From Squalus acanthias (Eukaryota), in contig CM059441.1 in assembly GCA_030390025.1 (NCBI GenBank), positions 22,320,001 through 22,384,000 of the forward strand: a DNA stretch of 64,000 nucleotides, written 5' to 3'. A program made the position numbers and the translations under genes. Numbering within the stretch: the stretch's first letter is position 1; each line of letters opens with the position of its first letter. Of this stretch, positions 23,789-36,373 are shown piece by piece. The notes beneath the pieces are model-generated. The model did no database searches. It was not told where the DNA came from and worked only from the letters and a program-made list of their open reading frames with translations.

Positions 23789-24428
23789 TAAGAACATAAG
23801 AACATAAGAAATAGGAGCAGGAGTAGGCTAATCGGCCCTTCGAGCCTGCTCCGCCATTCAATAAGATCATGGCTGATCTGATCCTCACCTCAAATCTAAA
23901 GAACACAAGAAGTAGGAGCAGGACCCGGCCACTCAGCCCCTGGGCCCGCTACGCCACCCACAGGGCCCTGACCGATCCGAACTCAGCCTCATGTCCAATT
24001 TCCTGCCCGCTCCCCGTAACCCCTAATTCCCTTTACTTCTAGGAAACTGTCTATTTCTGTTTTAAATTTATTTAATGATGTAGCTTCCACAGCTTCCTGG
24101 GGCAGCAAATTCCACAGATCTACTACCCTCTGAGTGAAGAAGTTTCTCCTCATCTCAGTTTTGAAAGAGCAGCCCCTTATTCTAAGATTATGCCCCCTAG
24201 TTCTAGTTTCACCCATCCTTGGGAACATCCTTACCGCATCCACCCGATCAAGCCCCTTCACAATCTTATATGTTTCAATAAGATCGCCTCTCATTCTTCT
24301 GAACTCCAATGAGTAGAGTCCCAGTCTACTCAACCTCTCCTCGTATGTCCACCCCCTCATCCCGGGGATTAACCGAGTGAACCTTCTTTGTACTGCCTCG
24401 AGAGCAAGTATGTCTTTTCTTAAGTATT
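23789..24428 (-). mobile_element. Young CR1 3' fragment with a doubled 3' terminal module
   Basis: Uninterrupted ORF 23989..24450 (YLRKDILALEAVQRRFTRLIPG...GIRGYGERAG); two aagaa..taggagcagga modules. Confidence 0.93.
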
Positions 24429-24454
24429 TATTTCTTGGAGGAAGACACAAAAAA

Positions 24455-24920
24455 CCTCCCAGAAATATGAGAAAACCAAGGCTGTGGTGAGAATGAGGAA
24501 CTTCAAGAAATTATTATTAAAAAAAACAGTACTAGCAAAATTAATGGGACTAAAGTCGATAAATCCCAAGGACCGGATGACCTACATTCTAGGGTTTTGA
24601 AAGAGGTGGCCTTTGGGATAGTCATCTTCCAAAATTCTATAGGTTCTGGAACGGTTCCTGCAGATTGGAGGATAGCAAATGTAACCCTGCTATTTAAGAA
24701 AGGAGGGAGAGAGAAAACGGGGAACTACAGACCTGTTAGCCTCACATCAGTAGTTGGGGAAAATGCTGGAATCTATTATAAAGGATGCAATAACTGGGCA
24801 CTTAGAAACTAATAGTAAGATTAGGCAGAGTCAACATGGATTTATGAAAGGGAAATCCTGTTTGACAAACCTATTGGAGTTCTTTGAGGATATAACTAGT
24901 GGAGTAGACAAAGGGGAACT
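24455..24920 (+). mobile_element. CR1 internal RT N-terminal fragment
   Basis: VPADWRIANVTLLFKKG..GNYRPVSLTSVVG / QHGFMKGKSCLTNLLEFFE. Confidence 0.9.
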
Positions 24921-24924
24921 ATGT

Positions 24925-26260
24925 GGTTTTGATGTGCTGTCCATATTCTATTACTCACCCAGACAGCTTGCATGCCCTCTCATCTTCCCATGTTTGACTT
25001 GTTTCTGTGACATTGGCCTCCATTCTAGGGCAATGGGTTGTAGAATCTTCTGTTGTGAGATATGACAAATAAAACTACAGATTTGGTGCATGGCACTTTT
25101 TGTTGTTGTTGGGGCCACTTCTCCATTGCCCATCTCTGTGTAGAGAGAGAGAGACCACCCCCTCCTCCAGTGTCTGGGAAGCAGCCGCCCTCTTGCATGA
25201 CCATCTCTGCGAGGGTTCTTCCCCCCCCCCACGCCAGTTTCTGGGCAGTGATCCTCTTGCACGTTTTCCGCTGCACCATGCCCATCTTTGGGGTGGGTCT
25301 CCACTACCAGTAACTGGAGAGTGATCCTCATGGAATATATCACAGGCCGCACACGGTGGTTTTGTGAATCAGAGAGCAGTGCTTTCATAGTCCAATGTGT
25401 TCAGTTTTCCATTCCCACAGAAAACAGTCGAGTGCTGGTAAAAAGGCCCCCCCTGCCAACTCTGGGGTGGGAACCTGTACTCTTGAGTTTCAGTGGGAAT
25501 GAACCACTTGGCTCTGTGGTTAAGCTCACCCATGTGACATGAATCAGTGGAAAACCAGTGCATATTTTCTCACTTTCTCACCCTTCTGGTTGCTAAGGAC
25601 CAGTGTTGAACCAACAACTTCCACCAATTGGAATAGTTGTTGTTTATTTGAGAATTTAGTGATGTTTGTCCCAGTTTGCATCCTTCTGATTCAGGGAGAG
25701 CTGAAGTTTTAATATAAAACAAGGGGAATTGTGTCGTGGGCAAGTTTCCTGGCCGTGCACGGTCTTTTGTCATGATGTGAGCATCAATGTTTCCTTGTGT
25801 CCATGACGACTGAGGGTGACTGCAGAGTTGTGTATTTATTAAATGATCCCTTGTGATCTGGTGGGTTTGTGCAGATCTGACATCTTACTCCATGGCGATC
25901 TAGTTCTGTGGCTAGCTGCCCAATTCTATCAGTCTGGTACGTGGGAGGAGGTGCAGTCAGCGGCCTTGCTGGCCTAGGAGTTCTGTCCCCCAGCCTTGTG
26001 TCCTACTTTGCTTTTGGAGGAGAAAACTTAAAGAAGGCAGAAGAACCGGAAAGGACAAACTCTGTATCCTTCTGCAGTCTCAGCAGTGATAGGGTACTGA
26101 TGGTTGTACTATATCGGAGGTCACCTGGCAATAATGAACGCAGTATCCTAGCCAGTTGCTCTACTGGCGTCTGCTCGCCCATTACTAGCACTATATCCTG
26201 GCTGGGTTACTTTGGAACTTTTTTAATTTTGGCCAGAACTGATGACTACCCGTCTGAGGA
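24925..26260 (-). mobile_element. Ancient RTE-like LINE relic (tentative)
   Basis: Weak motifs on the minus strand: DIVLVMG (endonuclease-like), IALEWRP..KHGK (RTE C-terminal-like). Confidence 0.35.
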
Positions 26261-26827
26261 TCTACAGAAGGGTAGTCATCAGCTCTGAGTGCAATGGTGC
26301 TAGCCTCCAAGGATATAAATAATGATCAAAGTCCATGAAATTTTAATAATGCTTCTCTTTCCTTTTTACTGTTGGACAATAACCTGATGCTTCACTGTTC
26401 GCTGACTATCAGAAATAATGGAAGGAACGGATCTCCACCAGCTCCTTCATTGGTGGCACGTTGGAGAATGGCGACCACGGAATATCTCCAATGTTAGAGG
26501 CAACGTTGGAACGTCTTATTGTTTGAGAGTGGAAACGTCAGTTGACTGAGTGCAGGCCCAAAGGCCAGGAGGTCTTGGGTTTGGTCCCAGCCAGGCTCAC
26601 TCAGCTTTGCATAAAAGGTGGATGAAATGAGTACCGTGTCTTAAGATGGGGTGGAAGAGCAGCAGACTGCAGAGACAAAGCAGCTGCGACCACACCATTG
26701 CGGTATCTTGCTGTTAGGCAATGGAAATGGGGCTCAACACCATATTCGATGGGCATTTCATGTCTAATGAAGACCAGTCTTTGAGGAGTGCTTGCGCTCG
26801 TGCTCTCTCTCTCTCATTCCTACGGTT

Positions 26828-26950
26828 TACATAAACAGGAGTAGGACATATGGCCCCTCAAGCCTGTTCCGCCATTTAATAAGATCATGGCTGATTTTCT
26901 ACCTCAACTCCACTTTCCCGCCCTATCCCCATATCCCTTGATTCCCTTCG
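26828..26950 (-). mobile_element. CR1 3' UTR tail
   Basis: caggagtagg..gcccctcaagcctgttccgccatt..gatcatggctgat. Confidence 0.8.
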
Positions 26951-27415
26951 TTTTCGGTTTAAACTCTGCAAATCTAGAAAGTATCACTTCTGGGGATATG
27001 ATGGATAGGTGTATATGGGGGTGGGGCGACACGTGGAGCGTGCTTATGAGAGAGAGTTGAAGTGACTACATAATGTTGGATAGACTCCGATGAGTAGATA
27101 CAGATACCTGTCCCCTTTCCTCTCCCTGCTCGGAGAACACTCTCTACAACAGTTGGATAAAACATTGCGCTCATCTACCCAACCTTAACAGAGTTGGTGA
27201 TATGACGTATTCTGAGATTGAGTTGCCTTTAAACTCTTGAAGTAAAAACCAAAGTAAGATTGGACTTACAAATCTCACGCGCGTGAGTAAATGACAGATT
27301 CCTGCAGCGATTTCTTTCTTTCTTGGAAGGCACAGTGACTATTAAGATTATTCTGATTTCAGTTTGTACGGAGCGATTTTCGATAGATTGTTCAAAATGG
27401 CAGCGATCAGGCTAT

Positions 27416-27710
27416 ACAACAACAACAAATTGCATTTATATAGCGCCTTTAACGTAGTAAAATGTCCCACGGTGCTTCACAGGAGCGTTATCGAATGAAA
27501 TTTGACACCAAGCCACATGAGGAGCAGGACAGATGACCAAAAGCTTGGTCAAAGAAGTTTTATGGAGCGTCTTCAAGTAGGAGAGAGAGGCGGAGAGGTT
27601 TAGGGAGGGAATTCCAGAGTTTAGGGCCCAGGAACTGAAAGCACGGCCGACAATGGTGGAGCGATTAAAATAAGGGGGAGGAGTGCAGAGATCTTGGAGG
27701 GTTGTAGGGC
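27416..27710 (-). mobile_element. L2 3' fragment
   Basis: (aac)n-ttgcatttatatagcgcctttaacgtag..gagggaattccagag. Confidence 0.85.
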
Positions 27711-28021
27711 TGAAGGTTCTATGGCTGGCGATGGTGTGTGAACTGAAAATGTAATGGACAAGAGTGTGTTGGGAGCGAATAACAATGAGCAGAGTGAAGG
27801 TGGTTTAGGAATTTTAATCTCTATCCCTTTTAGTGGGGGGATATGACTATGGAAGGGCACGTAGAATACTTTCAGCCTGTATACTGACGACCCCCCACCT
27901 CCTCCCCTGTACTAATATTTTTTAAAGTTCAATATTTCAGACTGATGCTCTTTGAGACCTGGCTCAAAGGCTGGTTCCATGGTTAACTACGCCATGTAGC
28001 ACTGGCCATATAGTTGTTCCA

Positions 28022-28120
28022 CCTGTGGCTCAGTTGGTCGCACTCTCTCCTCCTGAGTCAGGAGATTGAGAGTTCAAGTCCCACTCCAGAGACTTGAACA
28101 CAACCTAGGCTGCCACTCCC
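28022..28120 (+). mobile_element. DeuSINE tRNA head only
   Basis: gtggctcagttgg..gttcaagtcccactccagagacttga. Confidence 0.75.
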
Positions 28121-28789
28121 GTTTTACACGTGATCGGGTGGGATGTAAAACAGGCATCCGATCTGATCTCATCAGTTGCCCTCCTGGCGGATTAGGTTAA
28201 ATAACCCCCAGAGGTGAAGTACTGGTGGTCACAGGCCTGTCGGTCATGGTGATGATAAATGAGTAGAGCACAAGTGTGTCACAGCATTTACATGTATGGG
28301 CTTGTGTTTTTCTCCTTGTCCTGTATTAGTATCAGGACACTAAATAAACCTGGAAATGCTGCAGCATTGGAGTTGATTATATACTTGTTGTACAGACTGG
28401 AGTGGCTTGTCTTTCTTGGGATCTGTGTTGAATTAGTGTTATATTAACCAGACTGGGGATGCTAATCTGGCAGAAGTCTGTTGATGGCCTTTCAAGCAGA
28501 CAGGTTTACATGTGCAATAGTTAAGAAGGATCCTGCCTATCTGACTGACTGACCTCAATGGTATCATTATTATTGATTTCCTGCGCAGTGCAAGGCTCCA
28601 CAACCCATTGTGGACTGAATTCCTATCAGCCTTCCCTGGATTTTTACCGGTTGAACTCTTGAAATTATAGACCAATCTTTCCAGCGCACCTCATAATTTC
28701 TCCAGTGAACGATCGATGTGGCTCCTCGGGTCGAGAGCCAGCATTGAGAACTAAAGCCTCTCAAGAATTGCATCGAAATTACAACACAG

Positions 28790-29420
28790 AAAGGGGAGGG
28801 GGAGGGGGCGCCATGTTGACGTTTATCATCCAGGCGTGCTCGTCCTAATCCCAGGTGCCTGACCTGTTCCCATCTCCCTTTATCGCCATTTCCTTCAACC
28901 ACCCATCTAACCTTATCGTTAAATGTTGCCCTGATTTCTTGTTTCAGTTGCTAACTCTAGTAATGGAGTACCCAGCCTCACGACCGTCTGGGTGAAGAAG
29001 AAAAAAAGTGTCGCTGTCCTAAATCTCTTGCATTTAATATTGTATCTATGTCCCCTTGTTTTAGACTCCCACTCCCAACCACTAGGTACTGTTTGGACAG
29101 AACATTCCGCTTCACCGAGGGGTTGTGCGGGGGTAAAACAGGCAGAAGTGGATTTGCCATCTTTTATACGCTCCGTCCAATTTTCCTTCCCCTAGACCTC
29201 AATGATAAAGTAAGACGCCCTCTGTTTCTATCTCCCCTGCCCCCATCCCTGCACGATTTTAATCACCTCTATCAAATCACCTCGTAATCCCTTCTGTTCT
29301 AATGCGAACAACCCCAGTTTTTCCAAGTCGTTCTTCGTATTTATATTCCAAGGTAGCATCCCAGTGAATCTGCACTGTACCCTCTCTATATCCTCAACAT
29401 CCTTCCTAAAGTATGGAACT
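28790..29420 (-). mobile_element. Old CR1 3' fragment
   Basis: gaactcaaaactgcacaatact (reverse complement of YCAVLS-region), cctctatcaaatcacctcg, ccccttgttttagac. Confidence 0.6.
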
Positions 29421-30024
29421 CAAAACTGCACAATACTTGCCCAGGATTCACCTGTGGATGATGAGTGAGTTGTGTGGGTCAGGAGTCCCAGTATAGCAGT
29501 GGTTTTGACATTTTTCTGTGTGGGTGGGGGGGCACTCCTGACAAGTATTGACACAATCCCAGGGATCCCTGGTCTTGAACTTCATGAAGACCGCGTCCGC
29601 TACCCAAAGCAATACGGTGCTATCGTTAAGGAGAACATTTTTTACTGGTATACAGCACCACATGTAATGTGCTAGTAAGTCAAACACTACAATAGGAACC
29701 TTGATGCCCTCACAGACCCGGTCTGGGGGACCCCAGCTGGAAACCTATTCTCCTAATGGAGGTGGAAATTTGTCTTGGCTAGTAGTGTAGAATGGGTGAG
29801 AGCGAAAGAGCCGCCCAGTTTACATTCTGTCCGAAATTTCTTCTCCATTGATGTCAGTATTCCCACTTGGTGCTACATTACTCCCACGTGTAACGTGGCA
29901 TAGCGTGCCCAACCTCTCAAATTCCTACACAATGCGCTGCTGTAATTGTGCATTCAAAGACTCTGAGGCAATGCAAGTGCTGGTTTCCCGAGTGTAAGGA
30001 GCTCACTAGTCTTGGTGATGCTTA

Positions 30025-30705
30025 AAAGAAAGAAAGACTTGCATTTCTATAGCGCCTTTCACAACCTCAGGACGTCCCAAAGTGCTTTACAGCCAATTAA
30101 GTAATTTTTGAAGTGTAGTCACTGTTGTAATGCCGGAAACGTGGCAGCCAATTTGCGCACGGCAAGGTCCCACAAATGTGATAATGAACAGATAATCTGT
30201 TTGTGATGGTGATTGAGTAAAGGCGCCGAACACCTCGAGTCTCTTCGCCAGGAGCAAGCAGAAGGAGCGCACGTCAACCCAAGCACCCCACCCACCCGCC
30301 CCTTCAACCACCGTCTGCCCCACCTGTGACAGAGAGTGTAGGCCCCGCATTGGACTCATCAGTCACCTGAGAACTCATTTTTAGTGTGGAAGCAAGTCAT
30401 CCTCAGTTTCGAGGGACTGCCTAAGAAGAAGAAGAAGAAATATTGGCCAGGACACCGGGGAGAACTCCCCTGCTCCTCTTCGAAATAGCGCCACGGGGTC
30501 TTTTACATCCACCTGAGAGAGCAGACGGGGCCTCGGTTTAACGTCTCATCCGAAAGACAGCACCTCCGACACTGCAGTGCTGAGGGAGTGCTGCACTGGA
30601 GTGTCAGCCTAGATTTTTGTGCTCAAGTCTCGAGAGCGGGACTTGAACCCACAACCTTCTGACTCTGAGGCGAGCGTTGCTCCCAACTGAGCCACTGGCT
30701 GACAC
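30025..30705 (-). mobile_element. Full-length DeuSINE interrupted by an RTE insertion
   Basis: SINE breaks at gattgag (~30215) and resumes at aaatattggccagg (~30440). Confidence 0.88.
30216..30439 (+). mobile_element. RTE-clade (BovB-like) LINE 3' end
   Basis: Encodes ..TTVCPTCDRECRPRIGLISHLRTHF* (C-terminal Cys/His motif) and ends in an (AAG)n tail. Confidence 0.85.
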
Positions 30706-31384
30706 AAATCGTGTGGTTTTTATTAAATCGACAGAGGCACCAAATGGTTAATGTGACTGTTTGTTTATCTCGGTCTCCGCTTCCTATTTCCTGAGTAATG
30801 CTGCTGGTATCGACTGGGAATGACCTGTATTGTTCTCCATTAAGTCATGCCGCAGAACGCTACCAGCGTTGGTCTGTCTGACTGGGTTCCATCCTCGCTC
30901 GAGAACTCTCTCTCCAGAAGCTTTGATTACCCCGGCTTCAGAAATAAAGTTGGCCGTGGCTCACAGCAAAAGGGTTTTGTTCGGTATTTTCTATAAAATG
31001 GTCTCGGCCGCTGCACTCTGTGCATTGAATGCAAATCTACGCCTGTTCCGGTTAGTGTTGGAATGAACATCTTGACTCTTTACTTCGGCTTCACTTACTT
31101 CCTTTACCTCACCTGTAACATATCCTGACTGGGTCCACGCCATCGGTTGCTTATGACGATAAATGTGATTTTAGACTCTTTGGGGAGCGGGCAATAGGAA
31201 GTGTTTTAAAAGTGTCCTTTCTTCTTCTGTGAACTACTTTTAATCCTGTAGGTATTTATCTCACTCTAGCTGCCATCCATTGTTACATCTCCGTCTTTCT
31301 CCCAGCTCACGTTCACAGGAAAAAAGGGGGCTTCCATAAGGAGACCCACAACTCCTATGAACTAAAATTTGCACCCTTCTCCTA

Positions 31385-31525
31385 GATTCATAGGGTGATG
31401 CAGCACAGAAGGAGGCCATTCGGCCCATTGTGCCTGTGCCGGCTCTTTGAAAGAGCTCTCCAATTAATCCCACTCCCCCTGCTCTTTCCTGTAGCCCTGC
31501 AATTTTTTTTCCTTTATCCAATTCC
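31385..31525 (-). mobile_element. CR1 3' tail
   Basis: cagcacagaaggaggccattcggccc..ctttgaaagagc..gtagccctgcaa. Confidence 0.8.
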
Positions 31526-31577
31526 CTATTCTGTAGGATGGCAATGGGATAATGTCATAGACCTAACAGTTACCTTT

Positions 31578-32045
31578 CTTTAGCTTGGCTCAGTGGTAAC
31601 GATCTCTCTTCTGAGTAAAGAGAAGTTGTAGGGTTAAGTTCTGCTCCAGGACATGATCACACAATCCAGATCGGTTCCTCAGGATAGCACCAAGGGAGTG
31701 CTGCATTGTCGGAGATGCCATTTTCCTTGGATGAGGTATTAAACTGGGGCCCTATCCGGCTGTTCCGATGGACGTAAATGATCCCATGGCACTATTCCGA
31801 GAAGAGCAAGGAAGTTCTCCCGGTGTCCTAGCTAAGATTTATGTTTCAACCATCACCACCAAAAACAGCTTGACTGGCTATTTATCTCCTTTACTGTTTG
31901 CGAGACCTTACTGTGTGCAAATTGGCTGCTGTGTTTGACTGCAAAACAGTGTCTACACTTCAAAAGTAATTAATTGGCTGTGAAGTGCTTTGGGATCCAT
32001 TGAGAGTGTGAAAGGCATGATATGAATGCAAGTTGGTTCTTATAT
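31578..32045 (+). mobile_element. Old DeuSINE, full length
   Basis: ttggctcagtgg head; gatcccatggcactatt core; tail. Confidence 0.8.
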
Positions 32046-32287
32046 TTTATGATGGCGTTTTGCAGTGGTGACTACCCGGGCTACCGTCCATGCTGTTCTC
32101 TTCACTTTCTGAAAGATGCGAAATACAAATTGTCACACTTTATTACACAGGCTAAAACTAATGGTCAGATTTATTTACAAGCAGGATAATTGCGCAGAAA
32201 GCACAGATAGCAAGTAAACTATTAGTACAATACTTGACTTAGAGAATATTTAAACTAATCTAATATTTAAACTAATCTTAGTCTCTT

Positions 32288-32680
32288 CATAAGAACATAA
32301 GAAACAGGAATAGGCCACTTGGTCCCTCGAGCCTGCTCCGCCATTCAATAAGATCATGGCTGATCTTGGGCTCAAAGCCACTTCCCTGCCTGCTCTCCAT
32401 AACCCTTCACTCCCTTATCTTGCAAAAATCTGTCTATCTCCACCTTAAATGTATTTAATGATCCAGCCTCCACAGCTCTCTGGGGCAGAGAATTCCACAG
32501 ATTTACAACCCTCAGAGAAGAAATTCCTCCTCATCTCAGTTCTAAAAGGGCGACCCTTTTATTCTGAAATTATGCCCCCGAGTTCTAGATTTCCCCACGA
32601 GGGGAAACATCCTCTCTGCATCTACCTTGTCGAGCCCCTCAGTATCTTATGTTTCAATAAGATCACCTCTCATTCTTCTA
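32288..32680 (-). mobile_element. CR1 3' fragment
   Basis: cataagaacataagaaa tail; gagaattccacag..aaattcctcctcatctcag..gatcacctctcattcttct. Confidence 0.9.
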
Positions 32681-33164
32681 AGGAAACATGCGGATAATTC
32701 ACACTATACCCCTTTCACTAGTTATTCAATGCAGATACTAGAGATATAGGAAACCCAATGCTTTTGAGTCTACAAAGGGCAGATTTCCTTAAGATCAAAA
32801 GGTTTCTTGTTCAATAGGCAGACAATCGGTATATTAATTACTTTGCCTGAAATGGATATGGCGAGCAATCCCTTGATTGTCTGTTGATTTTGTTTGCTCA
32901 GGACGTCTGGTTGCAACAGAAATAATTTTACCTGTCTGATTTGAGCCTGGAGGTTTGTACATGTTTAATATTTCAAAATCCATGAGAGACTAGTCAAATC
33001 AACTTGGTCTGAATAGTTCTCGATCAGGCAGTAACACCAGAAACAATGGCTGGCCACCTCGTGAAACTAATAGTTTTCCAGACAGCTTCATGTTTTGCGT
33101 CCTTGTCTTTACCACAATTCACTGAGGTCCGTTTTAAACGGCCTAACCCCGTCTTCCAGCTGAG

Positions 33165-33475
33165 TCGTTAAACTGAGGCCCCGTCTGCTCTCTCAGGTGG
33201 GCACAAAAGATCCCACGGCACTTTTTCGAAGAAGAGCAGGGAGCTCTCCCCAGTGTCCTGGCCAATATTTATCCCTCAATCAACATCACTAAAAACAGAT
33301 TATCTGGCCATTATCACATTGCTGTTTGTGGGAGCTTGCTGTGTGCAAATTAGCTGCTGCGTTTCCTACATTACAACAGTGACTACACTTCCAAAAGTAC
33401 TTCATTGGCTGTAAAGCGCATTGGGATGTCCTGAGGTTGTGAAAGGCGCTATAGAAATGTAAGGGTTTTTTTTTC
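33165..33475 (+). mobile_element. DeuSINE 3' two-thirds
   Basis: cgttaaactgaggccccgtctgc..aaaggcgctatagaaatg. Confidence 0.88.
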
Positions 33476-33601
33476 TATTCTAAAGTCAGATTAAAAACAT
33501 GTAGTACATAAATGCTCGTATTTGAGGCATGGCTGAACATCCCTCACACCATCAAAACAGATGGTTTGATCATTTTGCCTGTATTAATTTAAATTATGTT
33601 G

Positions 33602-34092
33602 AATTAGTCTCTCTCTGTTAGGACAACCCTCTCATTCCAGGATGTTTATGAGGAGAGATTGAGTAAAATGGGCCTATACTCTGGAGTTTAGAAGAATGAC
33701 AGGTGATCTCATTGAAACGTATACAATTCTTACAGGGTTTGACAGGGTAGATGCTGGGAGTATGTTTCCCCTGGCTGGGGAGTCTAGAACTAGGGGGCGT
33801 CGTCTCAGGATAAGGGGTCGGCCATTTAGGACTCAGATGAGGAGAAATTTCTTCACTCAGAGGGTGGTGAATCTTTGGAATTCTCTACCCCAGAGGGCTG
33901 TGGAGGTTCAGTCGTTGAGTATATTCAAGATAGAGATCGATAGATTTTTGGGTACTTAGGGAATCAAGGGATATGGTGATCGGGTGGGAAAGTGGAGTTG
34001 AGGTCGAAGATCAGCCATGATCCTATTGAATGGTGGAGCAGGCTCGAAGGGCTGAATGAACTACTCCTCCTCCTATTTCTCACGTTCTTGTG
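33602..34092 (+). mobile_element. CR1 3' fragment with a short inverted 5' segment (33602-33642)
   Basis: ORF 33696..33959: GDLIETY..ESRTRG..FFTQRVVNLWNSLPQ. Confidence 0.9.
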
Positions 34093-34589
34093 TGTTAATA
34101 CGCCTCGGATCGCTGGTAGCGTGTGAGTACATCTGTCTATGTCTTGAATGGTCGCAAAGTGTAGGTTACATCCTTACTGTTTTCAATATATGGCTAGTTG
34201 CTCATGGGAGGTTAGTGTGAAATGTTTGTCCTGCTCCATGGATGTACACAGTTCATTCATGCCATCCTGGAGTACTGTTTTATTTTGGCTTTTTCTCTCC
34301 ATTTTGGTCATTTCTCCTCTCTCGATTTCATGCGTCAATCCCCAAGGAATGGGCCCCATGTTCATGCCGCTCAGCAATGGTTGAAAGAGATGGGAAAGCC
34401 TGGGGTCGTCATCCTCGGATTTCATTTTGCTCCTGTTCGCTGCTCAGTGCTCCTTGATATTCAGATAAACCACTGAATGGATGAGGAGCCCTCATTCACC
34501 ACCCCCCCCCCCCCCCCCCCCCCCCACCCCCACAACATGGCACAGTGTGGTGTTCTTCACTGTCCAGTAGCACTGTACTATTGTTATGG

Positions 34590-34905
34590 TAAAGAAAGAA
34601 AGATAGAACATGCATTTATATAGCGCCTTTCACAACCCTGGGACATCCCAAAACGCTTTACAGCCAATGAAGTACTTTTTGAAGTGTAGTCGCTGTTGTA
34701 ATGTGGGAAACGCGGCACCCAATTTGCGCACAGCAAGCTCCCACAAAGGCAATGTGATCATGACCAGACAATCTGTTTTTAGTGATGTTGGTTGAGGGAT
34801 AAATATTGGCCCAGGACACCGGGGAAACCTCTGCTGCTCCTCTTTGACATAGTGCCGTGGGATCTTTTACGTCCACCTGAGAGAGCAGACGGGGCCTCGG
34901 TTTGA
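34590..34905 (-). mobile_element. DeuSINE 3' part
   Basis: Colinear with the other copies. Confidence 0.88.
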
Positions 34906-36171
34906 CGCCTTGCTTTTTAGTCGTGTGATGTTCCCTACTATGACTCCAGTCATATTTGGATGGACCGACTTCTCCATCCGTGCTGCTGCCTGACCCAACT
35001 CCCAATCTAGGATTGTTATGCGGCCGTTTTTTTTTCTAGCGGTGTGAAGACACTGAATGTACCTCCAGGATGCGGATCTGGGTTCTTTTTCACTAGCGAT
35101 GCCAGATCAGTGTCTTTTAGAAACTGCTGGCACGAGAAATTATTTACTTGCTTGCTCATCAATGAGAGTAGTATTCCCACACTGCCAAACGTTGGCCCTC
35201 CTGTTTGTCCGTGGACAAGGGAGATATTCCCAAGTATCTCTGCACCACAGAATTCACACTGTGTCGTGTGCAGCTTTGTGTTCAATGCAAATACACATTA
35301 AGTGTCTGAAATGACAGTTCACTCCAAAAGCTAACCGCTGGGCCCTTGTGCGGGTTCTACTGCAAGTATCAAAAGCTTAATCAAGGAAACATTATAGTGG
35401 ACTTCGGCCTAAAGTAAAAAGGAAAGAGATCTGTAATCTGAATAGCAACCTTGTTACAGGGAGAGCAGTATCAAGAGTGTCTCTGCAGGCATGGGGTTCA
35501 TTCCTGGCCTTATGCCCAGTGTGAGCCTGCAACTATTTATAGGGTCGCTAACTTGGCATTGGCAAGAGTTTTTCTCTGGAGTAAAGAATGATGCTGTCTG
35601 ACTTGGTGCCTGCACAGGATGGGAGGTGCCCTGACAGGAATGGGCATTTAAAAGAATTCCAGGATGCTGGCTGGTAGAGGCGTTGTTTGCTAAGGGCCTG
35701 TGAAAAGGACTCTATATAACAAAGCAGGTTTGGCACTGTTCTTGATCCAGGTGCAGTGACAAAGGTGTACAAATCTGCAACAGCGTCAAACACAAGCTTG
35801 TAGCAGAAAAAACGTGGAGTGCGATGTGAACTCTGTGCCTCTCTTGGAATAATCATTTTTAAGCTCCAGTCAGGTTTCTGGGCACCCTGAACAGTACCAC
35901 AGGGCCAGATTAGACATAAAGAAAGAAGGACTGGCATTTAAATAGCGCCTTTCACGACCACCGGACGTCTCAAAGCGCTTTACAGTCAGTGAAGTACTTT
36001 TGAAGTGTAGTCACTGTTGTAATGTCGGAAACGCAGCAGTCAATTTGCGCACAGCAAGCTCCCACAAACAGCAATGTGATCATGACCAGGTAATCTGTTC
36101 TATTGATGTTGATTGAGGGAGAAATATTGGCCAGGACACCGGGGAGAACTCCCCTGCTCTTCAAAATAGTG

Positions 36172-36373
36172 AGAGGTCGCACAACACCAGGTTATAGTCC
36201 AACAGTTTTATTTGAAATCACAAGCTTTCGGCGCTATCGATCGCCCCTTCCTCAGGTGAAGGGGCGATCGATAGCTCCGAAAGCTTGTGATTTCAAATAA
36301 AACTGTTGGACTATAACCTGGTGTTGTGCGACCTCTCAATTTTGTCCACCCCAGTCCAACACCGGCATCTCCG
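36172..36373. mobile_element. Palindromic non-autonomous Penelope-type element with 13-bp TSD
   Basis: Arms 36170-36250 and 36258-36338 (80/81 complementary), 7-nt loop; TSD cttcaaaatagtg at 36159-36171 and 36374-36386. Confidence 0.85.
36218..36259 (-). ncRNA. Candidate minimal type I hammerhead ribozyme
   Basis: Minus strand UCAC-CUGAGGA-a-GGGGC-gaucgaua-GCGCC-GAAA-GC-UU-GUGA: stem I UCAC/GUGA, core CUGANGA and GAAA, palindromic AAGCUU at stem III. Confidence 0.6.

Noticed and set aside
23789-24920. Head-to-head CR1 pieces as one twin-primed insertion
   Set aside because: Several hundred nt of ORF2 are missing between them and the pieces differ in decay, so independent insertions are more likely.
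34502-34531. Long C-runs (also 41626-41648) as functional G-quadruplex elements
   Set aside because: Simple homopolymers are frequent throughout this sequence and nothing else supports a function.
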